Source of the DNA: Mobula hypostoma
Taxonomy: Eukaryota
Direction: 5' to 3'
Assembly (NCBI RefSeq): GCF_963921235.1
Contig: NC_086108.1
Location: forward strand, 69,504,001 to 69,568,000
Length of the DNA stretch: 64,000 nt
In this document: positions 59,599 to 64,000 of the stretch, one piece after another
Layout of the letters: every line of letters begins with the position of its first letter
How positions within the stretch are numbered: the stretch's first letter is position 1
Made by a program: the position numbers and the translations under genes
The notes under the pieces: generated by a model
Seen by the model: only the letters and a program-made list of their open reading frames with translations
Told to the model about the DNA's origin: nothing
Databases searched by the model: none

Positions 59599-61777
59599 CG
59601 TCTTACAGTGAGCTAGTGCTTGAAAGGAAACTGGGAAGGTTATCAATAACCTTTTAAACTACGAATGAAATGCCTGATTTCAGTGAGGAATGAAAATGCC
59701 TGATATCTGAAAGGGTTCTGTGAAATACAGAGTCGAAAATCAATGAGACTATTTTTCATCACAAATGTCACTGTTGCTATGGAGCTGTTGGCTAATCAAA
59801 GCTAGAGTTTATAGGAAGAGGAGGAGCTAAAAGCATCATCCCACCATTAAACTATATTTTATACAAAACTAAATTTTAAACTACCAATACACAAATATTT
59901 TGATTAGTATTAAAACAATAGATATTCAAAGCACGTTTGTAAAAATATTGTACTTTAATTTATAGATTACATTTTTAAAAGAATTTTCAGAATATAACAG
60001 AAATATTATTCTTTTCTGTTTAAAGATTTTGTCTGCAAAACAGGAATGTTGTTAAATCTTACAACATACACGAATTGTGGCCTTCTTATATATTTTAATT
60101 ACTTCATTTGTATTCTCAATTTAACATTGCATCACATTAATGGCATGAAAATGTTTGCAAAATTTTAATCGAGTATGAAGTCACCACTAATGAGAATCTG
60201 ACAGTGCACAGACATGGCTGACAATTTTATTTTGATCTGTCAATTGTCTTTTGAACCTCATAACACATACCTCTCTTCTCCCCACCCCCCAACCCCTGAT
60301 AATTTTCAGACTCACCGGTCATCGGGTGAAGAGCGGTGCCGTGGAGATTTTAAACAATCTCTTACCACTCGCATCATCTTTGCGGTGCATTCTAACTTGG
60401 CACTCAGCTCAGCTTCAGAAGTGTGGAGTTTAAGATCAAATGCATATCAATTGAATGTCATGAGTGAATCCTATGACTGCATACCTGCATGATATAATCA
60501 GCAGAGGCTGATGTTCTCCAACAATTGTAAGCCTGCCCTCTCTCACCACATACGCAGACAAGGGTTTCAGATTCTACAGAATCCCTTCAGAAACCAGGAA
60601 ATAATAGTCACGTGGAAAGCAACCTAGCCCGGGAGACATGCCACACTGCATAGTCATTCATTTAATTTCATGTGGTGAGCTTTGTGGAAAGGTGGGGGGG
60701 GGAAGAGAGGAATAATGAAGAGGATACAAAACAGGTTTCCTGAATTGCCCTAATGATATTTGATTGTGATATTTTTTTTAAAAAGAGAGTTGCCTGGTAT
60801 GTACAATTGTTTAACTACACCGTAGCAGCAGCTTGCTAAGGGAATCGTTATATAAATAGAAGGTGGTTACCAAGCCTGTGAGCCAGATGAAGTAATTTAC
60901 AGTGGTGAAGACAGCAGTGGCAGGGAGATAACAGGTCATCTGAAGTAAGCTGGCAGTCGATAACAATAGACCAAAAGGTAGTTTATTAAGAAAAGGCTAT
61001 GAAATGATAGCACAAATATTAAATTATGGTTTTATTCTTTAAATACAAAATTAATATATCATTGCTCATTTGCAGATTTGTCGAGCGCATCATGCATCTG
61101 CAAATATTGAACTAGAAATCATTTATTTCTTCAAATAAAGCTCTTGAGAATTTTTTCCAAGTTTTAAACAGCTGATGCATTAGGTTTTAACTGAGGTTCT
61201 AAATATTATTGATGATGGCAACCCAAGAATTTTTAAAGACAAATTGCTTGCTCGTTCTCACCAAAATGTGGAAGGTATTTATTATGCAAATGCCTCACAA
61301 TTTATTTATCATTGAATAAGACAACCAGGACCTGATTTAGCTTAAAAAAAACAGAATGTCACCAAATGTATCCAAGATAAAACAAGTTGCTACATACATC
61401 AAAAGAACTAGCTCAAATACATGTTCTTATGTTAATAAATGACTTATTAGCAAGTGTGAGTCTGCAAATCTAGGCCCAAATGTCAATCGTGAAGGACTAG
61501 AGGCCCAGAGTCCTGGGGTTGGATGCCTGTGCGAGTGAGAGGAATGGGAAAAAGAGCTTATTTTGGTGCTGTTGTTGTTGATGCTGTTTGTGTGTTCTGT
61601 GGAACACTGTGGGCATGCTGTTTTTGCCGGAATGTGCGACAGCACTTGCAGGCTGCCCTCAGCACATCCTTGGGGGCACTGGTTGTTATTGCAAATGATG
61701 CATTTCTATATTTTGATCCATATGCGATAAAGAAATCGGAATCGGATTCAGAACCTGTAATCTGAATTTGAAGTGAG

Positions 61778-62125
61778 TCAGAATCAAAATTAACATCATT
61801 GGCATATGTCATGAAATTTGTTAAACTTGCGGCAGCATTATTATTCAGAAATAACTGAATTACAATAATTATATGTTTATTAAATAGTTAAGTTAAAATA
61901 CGTAGTGTAAAAACAGAACACCAGAGGTGGTGTTCACGGGTTCAATGCCCGTTTAGAAATCAGATGGCAGAGGGGAAGAAGCTGTTCCTGAATCACTGAG
62001 TGTATGCCTTCAGGCTCCTGTACCTCCTTTCCTGATGGTAACAATGAGAAGAGGGCATGTCCTGGGTGGTGGGGGGTCCTTAATGATGGACGCTGCCTTC
62101 CTGAGGCACCGCTCCTTGAAGACGT
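61778..62125 (-). mobile_element. Rex-Babar 3' fragment
   Basis: Minus peptide DVFKERCLRKAASIIKDPP...; same family as 27900-28270. Confidence 0.8.
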
Positions 62126-62292
62126 CTGCAGACAGCAAGTAACATGTGTGCCTCAAAAATAAATATGTACAAAAATGAATTTTAACATATCCCAACATTT
62201 TAATGTTGCCGAGTCCCACTATAAGTATCCTAAAGGTCACGTTGACCAGGAATTCAACTTGACCAACCACATAGCAACACTATGCCCACAAG

Positions 62293-62404
62293 CTTAGAAA
62301 AATAGAGGGCTATGGGTAACCCCAGGTAATTTCTAAAGTAAGTACATGTTCGGCACAGCATCATGGGCCGAAGGGCCTGTATTGTGCTGTAGGTTTTCTA
62401 TGCT
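62293..62404 (+). mobile_element. CR1 3' tip
   Basis: gcttagaaaaatagagggctatgggtaaccc...gggcctgtattgtgctgtaggttttctatg, near-identical to the reverse complement of 14227-14345. Confidence 0.85.
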
Positions 62405-63150
62405 TGTAGTGGAGACTAGAAGATTGGAATCCCACCACTGGAAATTCATCTCCTGACACCCCCAAGCTTTTATACCATCTACAAGGCACATGTCAGGAAT
62501 GTAATGGAGCATCTTCTACTTGACTGGATAACTCCAATAACACTCAAGAAGCTCAATACTATTCAGGACACAGGCACACATCAGCTATAGTATACCACTG
62601 AAAAAATCAATTACAGTGCCTCATGTGAGCTACTCCAACAACAGGTCCCCAACTCATGAACACCAAGACCAGCGGAGCATTTGAATACCATGCCCTACCT
62701 TGTAAGTACTGTACATCACTGGTCTGTCATCAGTGCTAGGTCTGCATCCTGGAACTCACTACTGTGAGATTTGTTTCAACACAATGAATGCAGCTGTTCA
62801 AAAAAGCTGTCTTCTCAATGCCTATTAGGAATGAGCAGTAAATGGTGGCCTTGCCAGTAAAGCACATATCTCAAAAAGTGTCAAAAACAAAATTATTTTG
62901 TAAGCCAGTTTTATTGTCAGCTATATCAATAAGTAGTTTTAGGCTATCTGACCTAAGGAGACATCAGGTCTTATCTGACAATTCTGCACACATAAACATT
63001 AATAAGTGAGCTAAGGCTAATGACCAAAAATAGGAATCATGGCTCCTATTTGAAACATATTTAAATTTACATTACACCATTTTCAGATCATCGGTAGATA
63101 GAGGGAATTGAATCCAATGGTTACTTTGTTCATTAGACAAAGCAACAGTT

Positions 63151-63210
63151 GTGGTCTCCTCTTCAAAGAAAGTTTTGCCTGTGGTCTCCTCTTTAAAGAA
63201 AGTTTTGCCA
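63151..63210. repeat. 30-bp tandem duplication
   Basis: gtggtctcctcttcaaagaaagttttgcct / gtggtctcctctttaaagaaagttttgcca (28/30 identical). Confidence 0.92.
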
Positions 63211-64000
63211 GTTAACATAAATATTTCCCCTGAATCTTTCCTTCTGCCAAATACAACCTGCACGGAAGAGAACAAGTGGGTGATCAACTGTTCAGGAGTC
63301 AAAAGTGTTGCTTAGAGAGAGAAACCAATTGTTACAAACTCTGCATTCTACATCTAACAAAGCATAATATTCCAATACAAATTACAATGGGAACTGAAAA
63401 CACAAATTAGGGCAATTTAAAACAGTTTTGTATGTAGGATAAAGTAGGAAGTAGAAAAGATTAGGGGGAAGAAGCACAGAGTATAAATACATTTAAAGTG
63501 AATGCTCTGCTCCCTAGAGAAATGTGAGTGCGCAATTAACTGAAATCAGCAGAGCAGAGATGGGACTGAAAACTGGTGTGAACAGCAAACAAAGTGTGTT
63601 TGGCAGAGGGATTCATGATTAAAGGTAAGATTCTTATTTATAAATTAAGGCACTGGAAAACAGGGTAAGTGAAGATTACTTAGTCATAAATAAACATGCA
63701 CAGCAGAATCTAATATGTTGGAATTTGTGTGGGATGCATCTAGATGTTGAATAAGTTATTTCTGTTTAATAAAAAATTCAGGTGGTGTTGAGAGAAAGAC
63801 TTCCAAGGTAACAGAAGTGTAAAGGAGTCAATTTACCAATATCCAAAGACAAATAATTTGGATACCAGGTCTGCATTCATAGATGAAACCAATAGCTTCA
63901 GAACACCACATTAATAACTAGGTTACTATCATCATATAAAACATTCAAACTATCAATCTGGAAAACAAGATGCTTCATTGTTATTTTTGGGAGGTTTGTT

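Noticed and set aside
63151..63210. CRISPR-like repeat
   Set aside because: Two adjacent units with no spacer, eukaryotic context, no cas genes.

Overview
Eukaryotic vertebrate genomic DNA, AT-rich and repeat-dense. The mix of CR1, Rex-Babar, Penelope, Tc1, hAT and V-SINE-like repeats suggests a cartilaginous fish (shark/ray); this is an inference. The window lies inside one gene on the minus strand, EPS15 (EGFR pathway substrate 15). Nine phase-compatible coding exons (59500->3888) encode the coiled coil and the DPF-repeat AP-2-binding region; the EH-domain exons and the last exons lie outside the window. Directly upstream of the 73-nt exon is an in-frame 32-codon extension that matches the unique N-terminus of the mammalian endosomal isoform Eps15b as I recall it. 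That exon is followed by a ~33.7-kb GC-AG intron. The introns hold a near-complete L1 with TSDs and a solo LTR inserted in ORF2, an internally deleted Gypsy element with PNMA-like Gag and a tRNA-Pro PBS, two decayed Tc1 elements, nested hAT MITEs and many LINE/SINE fragments. The most notable non-coding signals are (i) a family of Penelope-derived fold-back elements with 11-15-bp TSDs carrying minimal type I hammerhead ribozyme motifs, one with a fully intact core at 54005-54040, (ii) a multi-branched structured RNA, a candidate ribozyme, at the 5' end of an unexplained insert (51026-51123), and (iii) a possible unannotated exon at ~63076-63257. No CRISPR, rRNA or genuine tRNA genes were seen. 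All family assignments come from motif recognition, not database searches, and repeat boundaries without TSDs are approximate.
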